Shown here in pieces: positions 1-12,700 of a stretch of DNA of 64,000 nucleotides (its first letter is position 1; the number at the start of each line of letters is the position of its first letter). The stretch comes from Camelus dromedarius (lineage: Eukaryota), in NCBI RefSeq assembly GCF_036321535.1, contig NC_087442.1, positions 11,408,001-11,472,000 of the forward strand, written 5' to 3'. The notes beneath the pieces were generated by a model. The model was not told the DNA's origin. It searched no databases and worked only from the letters and a program-made list of their open reading frames with translations. The translations under genes were made by a program, and so were the position numbers.

Positions 1-176
1 CTGTAGGGAGCCCTCTTCTTCCTCCCTGTTTTTGCCCAGAGCTGCTTTCCAACCTCACCACATGCCCCTGTCCCCAACCACATCCATGATTCTACCAGGT
101 GTTCCCGAGGAGACTGAGCTGAGAGGTCCATGCTCTTGTGACGTTCCACACCTCACAGGGAAAGATCTGGACTGCT

Positions 177-210
177 ATGAAATTTATCTTCTGTTTGAGT
201 ATCCTTGCTG
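177..210 (+). CDS. PRSS37: PRSS37 coding exon 1 (signal peptide [12 protein letters not shown])
   Basis: ATG at 177; donor G|gtatgt at 211; 34 nt, phase 1. Confidence 0.93.
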
Positions 211-3200
211 GTATGTATCCATGACCTTCTGCTCTGTTCTATAAGGCACAGGTTAATGTAGGATGGAGTAAGGTAGATGCAGGATGTGCGGAAGGTGCAA
301 AAAGGCAAGAAAAACTGCAGAATGAGCAGAACAAGGGTCTCCCTGCTCAGACCCCAGTCAAACGCTCTCAAGACAGGCTGAGCCCCCTGTGCTAAACTAA
401 GGGGTAGGTTATGGTGTACACCTGCCTTGGAGAAAGCTCAACAGTGAGTGTTCCACCCTGGTTATTCCAAAATGTGGGCCCATTACACAGTGGGTAAGTC
501 TCAGTGTAGTCACAAGGACAGATGACCTCTGATCTCCCCCCTTTTTCAAAAGCTTAGAGACTCAAAAGGCAGGGAGTGGAGAAGGTGGGAACAAAAGATC
601 AAATGCAAGGGCCCTTCCTCCTGCACTCCCTGACTGCCACGAAGTTCTTCTGATGGCAGAATTTGCCGGTGAGGCCTTTCCCACCACTCCCTGACTGCCT
701 AGGTTGCATCACAAATTAGCCTTGTGAGCTTGGACAAGTTGACTAATCAACCTGTGCTTCAGTTTCTACAGTCAAAGTGGGCATATTTCTATCTACATTA
801 TAGAGCCGTTGTGAAGACTGAATAAATCCATGTAAAGCACTTAGAACAAGCGCTCAGCATCTCTTCTTATTAATACACCACCTTTTTCCCTTTGTGGTTT
901 CTAATTGTGTGACCACACAGAGGTCCAGGCCTAGGCTTGGGAGGACTAGCATAAGAACCAAGGGCAGCTGAGACAAGAACAATATTTCGGAGACTAGAAT
1001 CAGCCTTCCTCTCCTTTCTTCTCCAATTTTTTTTTCTTTTTGATAATTCATTTATAAAAGCACCACATGTTCATACTAGAAGATTTGGAAATACTAAAGT
1101 AGAAAAAATAAACATCATTCATAATCTCACCTCCCAGTCAACACATGCCAATGCTTTGTTTGAATTTATTCCCTAACTTACTCCCACATTTCATATACTT
1201 ATTTTTAATGGTTTATTTTTGTTTATTTACTTGTTTTTTTAGACAATCAGATTATGGGATTAAATGTACATTTTTATTATTTTTTAACTTAAAGAAAGGT
1301 TACCAATATTTCCTTTGCTGTTTAATATTCTTTATAAATACAATTTTAATATATATGATGTTCCATTTATTCATGTGCTTTTTCATTTCAATGCCCAACA
1401 TTATTGTATTGGACATTCATAGTTTCGATATTTATTATAAATCATGCTAAAATGGTATGTCACTTTGATTTACATGCTTATTAGAAAAAAATGTCAAACA
1501 TCTTCACATTTCCTGGCCAGCTGATTACATCTTTAAAATCGTGCATATTTCTTTTCAGCTAGGAAGTTGTTGACTGTCTTATTTGTTCTAAGAACATCTT
1601 ATGTACATTATTTTCTCAGGGACATTTTTGACCGCTCACTCATCCGCGCAGAAAGAAGACCATGCTCCCTATTTGGTATACCTCAAGTCCCACTTCAACC
1701 CCTGTGTGGGTGTCCTCATCAAAAGCAGCTGGGTGCTGGCCCCTGCTCACTGCTACTTACCGTGAGTGTTGGGCACCTTCACCCACTAAAACAGCTACTA
1801 CTCATTCTGCATTCGTGGCTCTCAGACAGAAGCAATTTTCCCTCCAGGGTACATCTGGCAAAGTCTGAGGATATTTTTGGTTGTCACACTGGAGGGAGGG
1901 TTGAGGGGAGGGCTGCGCTAATGGCATCTACCTAGCCAATAGAGGCGAGTGCAAGGATGCAGCTGAATTTCCTACAATGCACAGGACAGCCCCCGACAAC
2001 AGAGAATTATCCAGCCCAAAACATCAATAGTGCCACTGCCGAGGAGCCCTGCTCTACATATTATGCCTCCTCAGTCTCCCATAGGTTTTTCAAGTTTTTT
2101 ACTGGCCATGTGAATGTGTTTTGTCAGTTAAGGACCAGCAGGTAACTGATGGTAAATTCAAATTCGATTGGATTGAGAATTTATAAAAAGAACTTACAAC
2201 AAAGGTATGGTCTAGTTACAGGGAAAACACAAAGAACAGTTCAGTCCCCCCAGGTTTAGTATTAGAAAGGTGCAGTTACTACCCCTAGAAGTAAAGGGAC
2301 GGGGGGGAGAGAATGATTACAAGGCGGGAAGGGGAAATAAAGAACAGGTGAGGGGCCAGGGGAGAGAAAGCTCTGCGTGGAGAGACTGTCTGATAGGAGC
2401 TGTAACCTTTAATCAAGAAACAGCCAGCAGGCAATCTGCGGCAAACCTGCAGGAAGGAAGATGGGAGGATAAATACTCCAGCCTCACTCTTCTCCCTCCA
2501 AATACTTTCTCTTGCTTCTTATTGGCCAAAACCCACTTAGACACCAGAGGACAAGAAAGCCCATTGATTTAATTCACATATATCACCTTCCGAAGTACAC
2601 AGCAGGATGAAATAGAGTTGTCAGTAGCTCTGATGATGCCAGCATAGCCAACACTTGAGTCATCTCATTCTCTTACCCCCACCAGAATGGAAATGCCCAG
2701 CTGGACAGGCTAGAGCTAGGGAGGAGGGAAAATAGTATTTCTATGACTTGCATACTTCTCCTCTCCACTACATTACAGACATTAGATGAACACATAGTGG
2801 TTAAAGCTCCACCACTTAACTGTGTGACCGTGGGTGAATACCCTTATGTGCCTCCATTACTTCATCTGTAAAATGGGGATTCAAAATAGAATCCAGCTCA
2901 GAGATTTGCTGTGAGTGGTAAATGAGGTAATCCCAAATCCAGATGAAGCACCTGGCACCGTACCTGGCACACCGCAACATTCAGTATCAGCTCTGATGAC
3001 AACGATATCTCTTCCAACCCCTTACCCCTGCAGAAATCTGAAAGTGATGCTAGGAAATTTCAGGACCAGAGTCAGAGATGGGACAGAGCAGATACTGAAC
3101 CCGATCCAGATTATCCGCTACTGGAACTATAGTCATAGTTCCCCCCAGGATGACCTCATGCTCATTAAGCTGGCTAAGCCCGCCAACCTCAACCACAAAG

Positions 3201-4709
3201 TCCAGCTCCTTCCCCTCGCCACAAAGGCCGTCAAGCCAGGCACCGTCTGTCTGATTTCAGGTTTGGACTGGAGCCAAGACAACATTGGTGAGTGCACCTC
3301 CCACAGGAAATCGGGGTCATCAGTTATCCCTGGAGAGGAGCACCCATGTTTGTACAGCTGAGAAGGGAGGAGAATGGGTGGAGACCAAAGGGAGATATTA
3401 CATGAGTGGTCTGGGGCAAAAAGAGACCCTCCCAGAAGTCCAAAGCTGCTCCTTTCCCAGAGTATCTAATGCCCCACTGCCTCTTCAGGGCTTTTGGCAG
3501 CCTCTGCACAGAGGCCACAGCGTTCCTGATTGTCAGAGCACAATTCACATTAAAGAGGCTGTGCTCCTCCCTCCCATACGGGCTCATTGCACACATAGAG
3601 GACACCTGAATTTGAGTTAGGTCACCTCTAATTTCTCCAAGATAGGACGCAGAGTAAAACTGAAACCCTACTTTTTAAAGAGACATAAAGCCTATTTCAC
3701 GATTCTCAGGATTAACTCATAACCATGCACGAGCTCATTTCTTCCCTTTTTCTCACTGTTTTCTTGACACACACACACAAAAAGAACACCAGTCGAAATA
3801 GAGGGTGGTGACTGGAGGGCCAAATAACAATCGTGAACGGAAGGTCTTTTATCCCTGTCTTCTCTCAGGCAGACACCCTGATTTAAGGCAGAACCTGGAG
3901 GCCCCCGTGATGTCTGATGCAGAATGCCAGGAAGTGGAACAGGGCAGAAGCCACAGGAACTCCTTATGTGTTAAATTTGTGAAAGTGCTCAATCGACTTT
4001 TTGGGGTAATCTTTTCTCTATATTCAGCCTTCACTTACTCATATATGTCTAGTTAGCTATTTAATCATGATATTTAAAAAAATAGAAAGGCCTCATCCTC
4101 ATCATTCTTGGAGGTTTGATAAGGCTCCAGCAAAGGGCTCTCCTTACAGACGTCTGTGTTGGTTAACGGGCATCAGGCAGTACCGTCGTTAGTAACACCT
4201 GGTTCCTATTCACATGGCTGTCAGTGAAAATGGGTATTGCTTAAAAAAAAAAATTCAGACTTTTCATACATTGAAACTGCCTTCACCAATTCAAATAAAT
4301 GGAGTTTTTTACTCATTTTACACTTGAGTTCTAGAAAGGGTTTTCTCTGACCTTCTCAAGGTCACAGAAGGCTAGTGACAGCAAAGCTAGATAAATGACT
4401 CAAGCTTCCTGCATCCCAATTCAGTGTTCTCATGACAAGGAGCATGTTACCTCCAGACAGGGCTCATCCCAGTTGACTACAGGGCTCCTGTAAGGAGCAA
4501 ATCTGACCATAGCTGTCTCTGTGTCTGTGTCTGTCTCTGTCTGTCTCTCTCTGCACAATCCCTGGTAGGAGGTGGCCGTTGCTACAGTCATCTGCAAAGA
4601 CAAGCTCCAGGGGATCGAGGTCGGACACTTCATGGGAGGAGATGTGGGCATCTACACTGACATTCACAAGTATATACCCTGGATTGAGAAAATCGCTAAA
4701 GACAAATGA
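177..4709 (+). CDS. PRSS37: PRSS37 (probable inactive serine protease 37), spliced CDS join(177..210,1620..1761,3034..3287,3869..4005,4569..4709) = 708 nt, 235 aa
   Basis: All introns are GT-AG with consistent phases (1,2,1,0). Translation [68 protein letters not shown]...[11 protein letters not shown]...[17 protein letters not shown]...[30 protein letters not shown]...AKDK* matches recalled human PRSS37 in length and sequence; synteny agrees. Confidence 0.97.
715..856 (+). mobile_element. MIR SINE fragment (PRSS37 intron 1)
   Basis: MIR core-like gtgagcttggacaagtt...cttcagtttct...tgtaaagcacttagaac. Confidence 0.7.
1620..1761 (+). CDS. PRSS37: PRSS37 coding exon 2 (His-motif APAHC)
   Basis: Acceptor ttttctcag|, donor CC|gtgagt; encodes [47 protein letters not shown]. 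Confidence 0.96.
1813..2051 (+). mobile_element. MER20 hAT-Charlie DNA transposon, near full length (PRSS37 intron 2)
   Basis: Matches recalled MER20 consensus: tttttggttgtcacactgg...cctacaatgcacaggacagcccc...aaagaattatccagcccaaaa..tcaatagtgcc. Confidence 0.88.
2140..2640 (-). mobile_element. Degenerate ERVL-type LTR (LTR16/LTR33-like)
   Basis: Resembles ERVL LTR consensus and the similar copy at about 37760-38000; subfamily not resolved. Confidence 0.45.
2790..2990 (+). mobile_element. MIR SINE fragment
   Basis: actgtgtgaccgtgggtgaat...cttcatctgtaaaatgggg MIR core. Confidence 0.7.
3034..3287 (+). CDS. PRSS37: PRSS37 coding exon 3 (Asp-motif DDLMLIKL)
   Basis: Acceptor cccctgcag|, donor G|gtgagt; lies within ORF 2915..3361. 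Confidence 0.96.
3869..4005 (+). CDS. PRSS37: PRSS37 coding exon 4
   Basis: Acceptor tcttctctcag|, donor GGG|gtaatc; encodes [46 protein letters not shown]. Confidence 0.96.
4569..4709 (+). CDS. PRSS37: PRSS37 coding exon 5 (terminal)
   Basis: Acceptor ccctggtag|; encodes [49 protein letters not shown] at 4707-4709. Confidence 0.95.
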   Translation, partial: EVAVATVICKDKLQGIEVGHFMGGDVGIYTDIHKYIPWIEKIAKDK

Positions 4710-4782
4710 GACCATGCTGTTCCCTCTGCATCCCCCTGGCTCTGCCATTGGTGATACAAACCACAACTTCCCCCAAATCCAA

Positions 4783-4788
4783 AATAAA
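4783..4788 (+). terminator. Probable PRSS37 polyadenylation signal AATAAA
   Basis: Canonical hexamer 74 nt after the stop codon. Confidence 0.7.
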
Positions 4789-4924
4789 ATGTCCAAATAC
4801 AAACATCTGGACGTATCACACACGTATCCTATGTCTTGTTTGTATCTGTACCCATATCCCAAAATGATCTGAAGAACCAAGAACGAAACAGGAAATGGTG
4901 CTTCCTACACGGTAGTGGGTTACA

Positions 4925-5085
4925 TCCGTTATCTCACTTAATGCTCCTAACAAGCCTTTGAGGTTATCTTTTATTCCCAGTTTACAAATGAGAAAACTGA
5001 AACTAAAAGAGGTTACTTATCTATAGCTGGTAGATAGAGCCTGGAATGCAACCCCAAAATGTCAGATTCTCAGTCCCATGCTCTT
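4925..5085 (-). mobile_element. MIR SINE fragment
   Basis: cccagtttacaaatgagaaaactgaaact reverse MIR core. Confidence 0.7.
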
Positions 5086-5727
5086 AGCCTCAAAACTACA
5101 GGTGAGCCCATAGCTTCAAAGTAGATGTTGGCTTCTATTTTCCTGCTACCTCTCTTATCATTCAAAGGGCTTGAAATGCTTAGTTGTGGCTAAGATCTTG
5201 GGTGCTGAAATAAACTCTCCTCAGAATGGTCATGCTTCACCTCAGTGCTACTCTGATTGCAGGATGCTGCAGGGAGGGAGCTAGTGGATAGGTGTGAGTG
5301 AAAAAGAAACTTCAGTGACAATCACCACAAATCAAGTCCAAAAGGAGGCCCTGGTAGCTCCAGAGCAAGGTGAAGAAGTCACCTAGATCCAAGGAGAGTC
5401 CAGTACCAGGGCAGCAGCAGAGCTTAAGAGGTAGAGATGGCTGAGAGGAGGTGAAGGAAGGGCAGAAACTGGTTTAGCCACAGACTATGGGATTACCAAG
5501 GTCAAGAAAGCAGGTACCAGTCCTCTGGTGGAGAACTTGGTAAAACACCTCTCCAGATGTCCCAGATTTGGAAGAATTCAGGATTCCCAAGAGACTGTGT
5601 CATATAGAACAAGGAAGGGTAAAGTAATCTCCCAGCAGATGAACATTCAGGAAACAATTACACACTATTCTTGGGCAATACTTTCTATTCCCAAGGTTTA
5701 AAATACAATCTATACTTTAATGGTGTC

Positions 5728-6313
5728 TGTGTTAGGCAGAATAATGCTCCCCTCAAAATGTCCACACCTTAATCTTCAGAACCCATGAACATGTGACTTT
5801 ACATGGAAAATGCAGCTTTGCAGATGTGATTATGTTAATGGACCTTGAAATTTTCCCATATTATCTGGGTGGGACCCAGATAATCACATGGGCCCTCAGA
5901 AGAGGAAGGCAGAATATTTGGCCAGAGAGATGTGACACTAGAAGAGGCAGCAGAGATTCAAAGCATGAGAGAGAAACTTTGCCCCCACTGCAGGTTTTGA
6001 AGATGGGAAAAAAAGAGCTACAAGGCAAGGAATATGAGCAGTCTGTAGAACCTGGAAACGATCCCCTCAGCCACCAACAAGCAAGGAAATGGGGACGTTA
6101 GTCCTACAATCTCAAGGAGCTGAATTCTACCAACAACCAAAATGAGCAAGGAAATAGATTCTCCCCAAAAATGAATGCAATATGGATGACACCTTGATTT
6201 TAACCCAGTGAAATCTGTCGAGCTCCTGATCTACATCACTGTAAGATAATAAATTCGTTTTGATTTAAGATGTTTGCAGTAATTTGTTACAGCAGCCGCA
6301 GAGAACTAATACA
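5728..6313 (+). mobile_element. MaLR solo LTR, MLT1D-like
   Basis: TG...CA ends; tgtgttaggcagaataatg..., ctttgcagatgtgatt, aaatggggac.ttagtcctacaa.c.caagga.ctgaattct, taatttgttacagcagc...aactaataca. Confidence 0.85.
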
Positions 6314-6479
6314 ACTTTTAAATCCACATCCCCTAAAAGAACTGCTTTTCAAAATGGGATGTAAAAACCCCCAATGGTTCCCAATTGCCCTGAGAATAAA
6401 TTCTAAACTTAATAGAATAGCGTCCAAATCTCCTTGAAACTTCCCACCCCCCACCAGAAAGCTTTGCTTTTTGCACTTT

Positions 6480-6765
6480 GAGGATGCTTACTCTTAGAAC
6501 CTGTTAACACACTCGGAGAAACCCAAGCCTCATGAGGAACTCATTGTAGGCGCTCCACTGATGCAGCCAATAGGCAGTGTCACTGGCCAGCGGGCGGGTC
6601 AGCCACCCAGCCCCGGGGAGTCAACGTCTGACTGCATTTGCCAGAGAGGCTCTGAGCTAACACCATACAGTTCTGCCTAGTTAACCCACATACACATGAG
6701 AGACAATACTAAATTACTGTTTTAAGTCACTAAGTTTTCAGGTAATTATGCAGCACCAGAATAGG
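6480..6765 (+). mobile_element. MaLR LTR fragment (MLT1F/G/H-like)
   Basis: 3' end gttttaagtcactaagtttt...atgcagca typical of MLT1. Confidence 0.55.
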
Positions 6766-7069
6766 AAGGAATAGCAAGACTATCAGATAATATTATAGCA
6801 ACAATGCTATTAAAAGAAACTGGAGACAAAAAAACTCAGTGGTGTTTACCTTGTAACCACAAAGCACTAGTCATAAAACTCACTTGCCATTAAGAATTTA
6901 TTTTGTAACTAACAAAAAGGAAAGAGATATGCTTGAATTGAAAGGCAAAGTCTTCTTGGTGTGTCTCTAAAAGGGTTAGGATCAATTCAATAAAAAATAA
7001 ATAAATGAAACAGTTCCATTATCTCTGTTCCATAACAGTAAGTTTAGGCTTTAGACACTCAGTCCATAA

Positions 7070-7400
7070 CAAATTAATATAGAAATAACTACACATATTG
7101 AACGTGTACAACTTGATGAGATTGTACATGTGCAATTGTATGTGATATCATCACCACAGTCAAGGTAACAGAGACATCCTGACACCACTCCAAGTTGCCC
7201 TGTGGCCTTTAGTTTTTGTTTTTTTCTTTTGTGACAGAACAGTTAATATGAGATTTACCCTCTCAATAATTTTAAAGTGTACAATATCATATTGTTAACT
7301 ACAGGTACTCTGTCATACAGCAGATCTCTAGAACTTTTCCATCTAGTGTAACTGAAACTTACTACCCCCTGAGCAACCGTTCCATTTCCTCCACTCCCAC
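7070..7400 (-). mobile_element. Old L1 (L1MA-like) 3' end fragment
   Basis: aaagtgtacaat..cat.attgttaacta.aggtac..tgt..tacagcagatctctagaactt..tcatct..tgtaactgaaact. Confidence 0.75.
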
Positions 7401-7649
7401 TCTGTGCTCCCAATTAAAAGTGACCAATCCCTATTCCATGCCCATTTTCAAAAGCTTACCCAGAAAAGATCACCCGATTTATAATCCTAAGAGCTAACCC
7501 TTAAAAAATCTTTTGTAACTTCCCTTCTGTGAGATCACTGATGTTCTGTTCTTAATGGTTTTCCCTTGCTGGAAAATTATTAATAAAGGACTTTGTTTTT
7601 GACCTAGGCTTTCCTGATCTTTCGTGCGGGTTCTAATAGCTCACGTATA

Positions 7650-9065
7650 AAGCCACTTACTCACTAGTTACCATCCCTTCTCTTCTGTTCAAGAAAATCA
7701 CCCCAGTATCATTTCTCTTCTGTTCTCTGTTTCTCTGTCTCAGTCTCTCTCTCTGCACATCCCCCTCACCATTCTCATCAACATAAAACCATATTGTTAT
7801 ATATCCCACTTGAAAAAATTTAGATTTCATGTCCCCTGCCCATTGCTACTATTTCTCTCCTACAGTTTACAGCAAAACTCCTTGAAAAAGTTGTCTATTT
7901 TCACTTTCTCCAATTCCTCTCCATCCCAGTCTCTTGATCCAACTCACATCTGGCTTTTGCAAAGTGTTCCCTCTAAAACTACTCTTTCTAAAGTCACCCA
8001 TGACTCGTATATTTCTACATCCAAACATCAAGTCCAGCTCTCACTTTACCCGACCATATCAGCACCAACTGAAAAAGCGCGTCATTCCCTCTTCCTGGGA
8101 ACATTTTCCTTACTTGGCCTCTGGGACATGATGACCTTTTTTTCCATCTATCTCATTGGCTACTTCTTTTTGAGTCTCCTTTATTGATTCCACCACATCT
8201 CTCTAACCTCTTAACATAGAGTTTCCCAAGTTTTAGTCTTGGCCTTCTTTTATCCATATATATCAATTTCCTGAGTGATCTATACCAGTCTTATGATTTT
8301 AAATACCATATACAATCAAACAATTCCCAAATGTTTATCTCTAGTTTGGACTTTCCCTTGACGTCCAGTCTCATATATAGTACTCTTACAGTCTACTTTG
8401 GTATCTTATCTCAAACTTAACACATCCAAAATAGAACTCCAAGTCTTAGCCCCCAGGTCAACCTGCTTCACCCACAGTCTTGCCCACATAAGCTGATGAC
8501 CCTGCAATTTACCCAGGCCAAAAATTTTGAAATCATTTTTGATTCCTCTCTTCTCTTACATCAATCTATAAGTAAATTCTGCTAGTTCCAACCTTCAAAA
8601 CACTTCGACAACTTACCACTTCCTCCTGTCTCCACTGCTACCTCCGGGTAAACCTGGAGTACTGTAGCACCCACCAACTCTTCTGAGGCTTCTACTTTGC
8701 CTTATTAAATTCAACACTACCAAAGCTATCTATGGAAATGTAAGCAAGTTTTGTCACTTGCCTCTGCTAAAAACCCTCCAATGGCTCCCCATCTCACTCA
8801 AAATAAAAGATAACATTTGCACATAAGCCTTCATCTATAAGGCCTCTAAAAACCACAGACCCCTTTGCCCCTTTGACCTCATCTCCGACTGTACCCTCTA
8901 CTCCAGCCACACTGGCCTCCTTGCTCTTCCTTGAACACATTAGACACTTTCTTACCTCAAAACTTTTGCACTTTCCCCAGAATCCTGAATGCTGCCCCCC
9001 TCACTTCCTAAAATCTTTGTTTAAATATTTTCTCAGTGAGTCTCATCTGACTATCCTATTTAAAA
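7650..9065 (+). mobile_element. L2 LINE, about 1.4 kb degenerate 3' portion
   Basis: Pyrimidine-rich L2 ORF2/3' motifs: tctcaaacttaacacatccaaaatagaactc, aaaaccctccaatggctccccatctcactc, ctggcctccttgctcttccttgaacac. Confidence 0.8.
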
Positions 9066-10284
9066 TGAGGACCCCCACCTCTGGTGGAAGTGCCTATTCA
9101 TTTGCTATGAAAATTTGGCAATGTCTATGATAAACCTTAGGATTATGCATATTCTCTGACTTCTACTTTCAAAGTTTTACAAGGATGTTGGTTGTAGCAG
9201 AGTAGACAGCAAAAAACTGGTGGGGTGGGGGGGGTTATAGAGTCTTGCTTATTTTTTTTAAATGCAGTAAAATCATACACAATAATATGTGTGATCATTT
9301 AAAATGGTGCAGTAAAAGAATATGCAATGACATGAAAATTGTAAGTATAAAATTTCATTTATAAAATAGTATGTATGTTATAGTTTCATTTTTGTGCCCA
9401 TAACTAATCATTCAACAATATCTGCTATCCTAAACACTGAAGATAAAGGAAGAAAACAAACAAGCAGAAAGATTCCTGTCCTCATGGGGTGCACATTCTA
9501 GGTGAGGGATACAAGTAGTTAAGTTTAAAAATGTATTATGTCAAATAAGTGCTATATATATATATAAAAAAACTAATGTAGAATTGGGAGTACGGGGGTA
9601 ATAACATTTTAAAGAGCGTACATATTGAGATTCATTTGACAAGGATCCCCCAAACTTGAGCAGGTTCTAAGAATTCTCCTCTGGAATGCAGAAAATGGAG
9701 TTGAAAGGTGGCTGGGAGGTGGTGTCTGTGCTCCAAGAGATAACATGATTAACAGAGAATAGTGGAAAAGCTACTATTAGAGGGGAGAAAGTGAGGGTGC
9801 AGAATGTGTTTATGCAGGTGATAATAATAAAGTGTGCCCAAATGTGGTTCCTGAGTCTGTAAGTACCCAGAATGTGATGCTGACAAATGGGCAAAAGGAG
9901 GGAAGAGAATAAGGGATCCGTCCAGGGACATCTAGGACGTGAATCTCAGGAGTAAGGATTTGGATTGGCTCTGCTCCTGTGGGGATACTGGGAAAACCCA
10001 AAGCCAAGTTACAAAGCTAGGAGTCTTGGAGTGATGGCTGCCGTCATCAGATGTTCCTCCAGTTCTTTCACTAGTTCCTCAGAAATACCCAGTGGTGAAT
10101 TACAAAACCTTATCGAAAGAAAGCAAGCCTAAATTGTTGATATCTATTGTTTCAAGTAATCTTTTACCTTATGTTCAAGATAAGTTCATCTCAACATGAT
10201 ACTATGCTTAACTAAATTGATTTCAGATCCGGAAAACTTCAATGAGATTAATACTCTGCTCCTTTTAACCTTCTTTGCACTTCT

Positions 10285-10420
10285 GAATCATCTGGGAAGC
10301 TTTAAAAGACGTAATGCCTTGGTCCTATCTCAGAGATTCTGATGTAATTGCTCTTGGGCATGACCTGGGCATTTAGGACACTATGTAACCTGCCAAAGTG
10401 ATTCTCATATGAAGCCAAGA
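10285..10420. mobile_element. MER5-like hAT transposon fragment
   Basis: gaatcatctgggaagctttaaaa...cagagattctgatgtaattg...tgggc...aagtgattctcatatg. Confidence 0.6.
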
Positions 10421-10744
10421 TATCTCTATCTGAATCTGAAACTAATTTTCACCCAGAAGCTTGTACTATTTAAAGCGTCCCCAGAATTTTACAGAATACC
10501 AGAGGCTGTGAAAAATGGTCTTCTAAAAACCCATGTTTACTAATTGTTTCATACTACTACATAGAAACACATTAATTTGGGGGTATTGACCTCATATAGC
10601 TATCTTTCTAAATTAACTTATTTCCTAAAGTTTTTTAGATTATTGGGATTTTCTATGTAGACAACCATATCCTCTTAAAATAATGACAGTTTTATTTCTT
10701 CTTTTCCAATAGTTACATCTTTAATTTCTTTACTATGTCTTTAT

Positions 10745-11300
10745 AAGTGTATAATTCAGTGGTTTTTCATATAGTCACAAACATAAGCAATTATCACCAC
10801 TATCTAATTTTAGAACATTTTCATGACCCTGAGACAAACCCTATACCCATAAGCAGTCACTACCCAATACTTCTATCCTTTAGCACCTGGAAACTACCAA
10901 TCTACTCTCTGGTTCTACAGATCTGCCTACGCTGGGCCTTTCACATAAAGGGAATCATATAACATGTCGTCTTTGTGACAGGCTTCTTTCAGTTAACGTA
11001 ATGTTCTGAAGTCCATCTATATTGTAGCTTTTGCCAGGGCTTCTTTCCTTTTTATGGCTGAATACTATTCCATTGTATGCATATGTATGTGTGAATACAC
11101 ACACACACACACCATATTTTGTGTATCTGTTCATCAGATGATGGACATCTGGGTTGTTTCCACTTCTTGACTGCTGTGAACAATGTTGCCATGAACATTC
11201 ACTGGCAACTTTTAATATGGACACATATTTTCATTTCTCTTGGCTATGTACCTATGAGAGGAATTGCTGGCTCATATGTGACTGTGTATTTAATGTAGAA
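10745..11300 (-). mobile_element. L1MB-like 3' end, probably nested in older L1 remnants (about 10560-12320)
   Basis: aagtgtataattcagtggttttt...atagtcaca...atcaccactatctaattttagaacattttcat; ggacatctgggttgtttccactt; contains (CA)n at about 11093-11112. Confidence 0.82.
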
Positions 11301-12339
11301 TGCAGAAGTTCTTGAAGCCATTCCACTAGTTCCCACTAAAGGAAAGCACCTCAGCAAAGTTTTCAGCTTTGTTCTTTAAAATGCTCACATATTGCTAAGG
11401 TTTCCTCTTCAATTGAGGGTAAGTTGCCCCTGATAGGTTTTTTTTTTTTGTCTTCAATCTGTATGCTTAATTTTTAAAATCTATTTCTCATATTTCTTTT
11501 ACTTTAGTCTACCAAATTTTGTAGCACTGACAATTATTTTTGCTAGATACTTTTTCCCACTTAGAATCAGCTCTAACTATATGCAATGCTGACTCCCCTT
11601 AATTGTGATTATGATATCATATTCCTTCAAAATCCTTTAGAGTTTCAAGACTGTCTTTGATAAAACATTTCAGAATTTGCTAACAATGCTCATTAACCCA
11701 CAAAGCCTTTATCTTTATAACCAACTCCCTGTATATAATCAATATGAAATATGTTGCTAGCCAGAAAAATATTTTGAAATTTTTCTTCTCGGTACTATTT
11801 GAAAATAAGAAAATATTTACTAGAATAAAATGTAACACAAAATTTGTTATTCTGCATTCTGCCGAGAAGTGCCACTCTGATTATTGATCTGCTCTTTCTC
11901 TTTTAAAGTTTTGTAAACTTCCTTTTGTCTTTGATATTCTTAAATTCCTCTGTAATGTGCTTAAGTTTGAAGGATTCCCCCGACCTTATCTATCTTGTTG
12001 GTCCCCTTTGAGAGTTTTCAATCTAGTTTTTTACCTTTCTTTAATCTAGTGCAATTTTTGGTTGTTAATTTTTCAAACATTTTATTCTTCTTGTTCATTT
12101 TTCCATCTCCTTCTGGGACTCCAGTTACATAATTACCCTGTTTTTCTATGTGCCATATACCATTTCTTTTTCTTTTTTTTTTTTACATTTTCCATCCTTT
12201 TATTGCTTCCTGATACCTCCTGAGAGAGTTCTTTGAGCTGCCCTTCCAGTTCATTAACTCACCATTAGCTGTATTCATTCTGCTGGTTAATCTCATTGTT
12301 GAGTACTTTCTTCCATCTAATTTAAAAATACGTATTTCA

Positions 12340-12700
12340 GAAGCCTAAAGGGAATCAGACTTTTCCTCGCCACAGGACCTGTCGACTAGGGCAGGTGTGT
12401 GACCTAGAATCAGCCACCCAAAGGCTCTTTGCCAGGATTTTGGACCTTGGCACTATGACTCAAAGGGACACATTCATAGAGGTAGTGGTAATGTCAAGGA
12501 CACAGTGCTGACAGTTGAAATGTGAGTGGTTGACTTGGTTGTGTTCTCAGTTGTTTAAACCCTCTTGGTTCTCATTCTGATGTTAACTTTCCAGATTTCT
12601 GTAGTATTGATCAGTCTCCATTGATTCTGTGAGCCAGCCAATTTCCTTCCAGTAAAATTATTTTCTCCTTAAGTCATATGGAGTTGGATACCTGAGTTGG
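12340..12700 (+). mobile_element. MaLR LTR fragment (old MLT1-like)
   Basis: gtgagccagccaatttccttccagtaaaattattttctccttaagtc...gagttgg LTR 3' end. Confidence 0.55.

Noticed and set aside
624-699. 15-bp direct repeat cactccctgactgcc (624-638 and 685-699)
   Set aside because: Only two copies, with no array or TSD-bounded element recognisable between them; likely a local duplication without evidence of function.
1145-1450. 101-aa Phe/Leu/Ile-rich ORF in PRSS37 intron 1
   Set aside because: T-rich low-complexity intronic sequence; compositional artefact.
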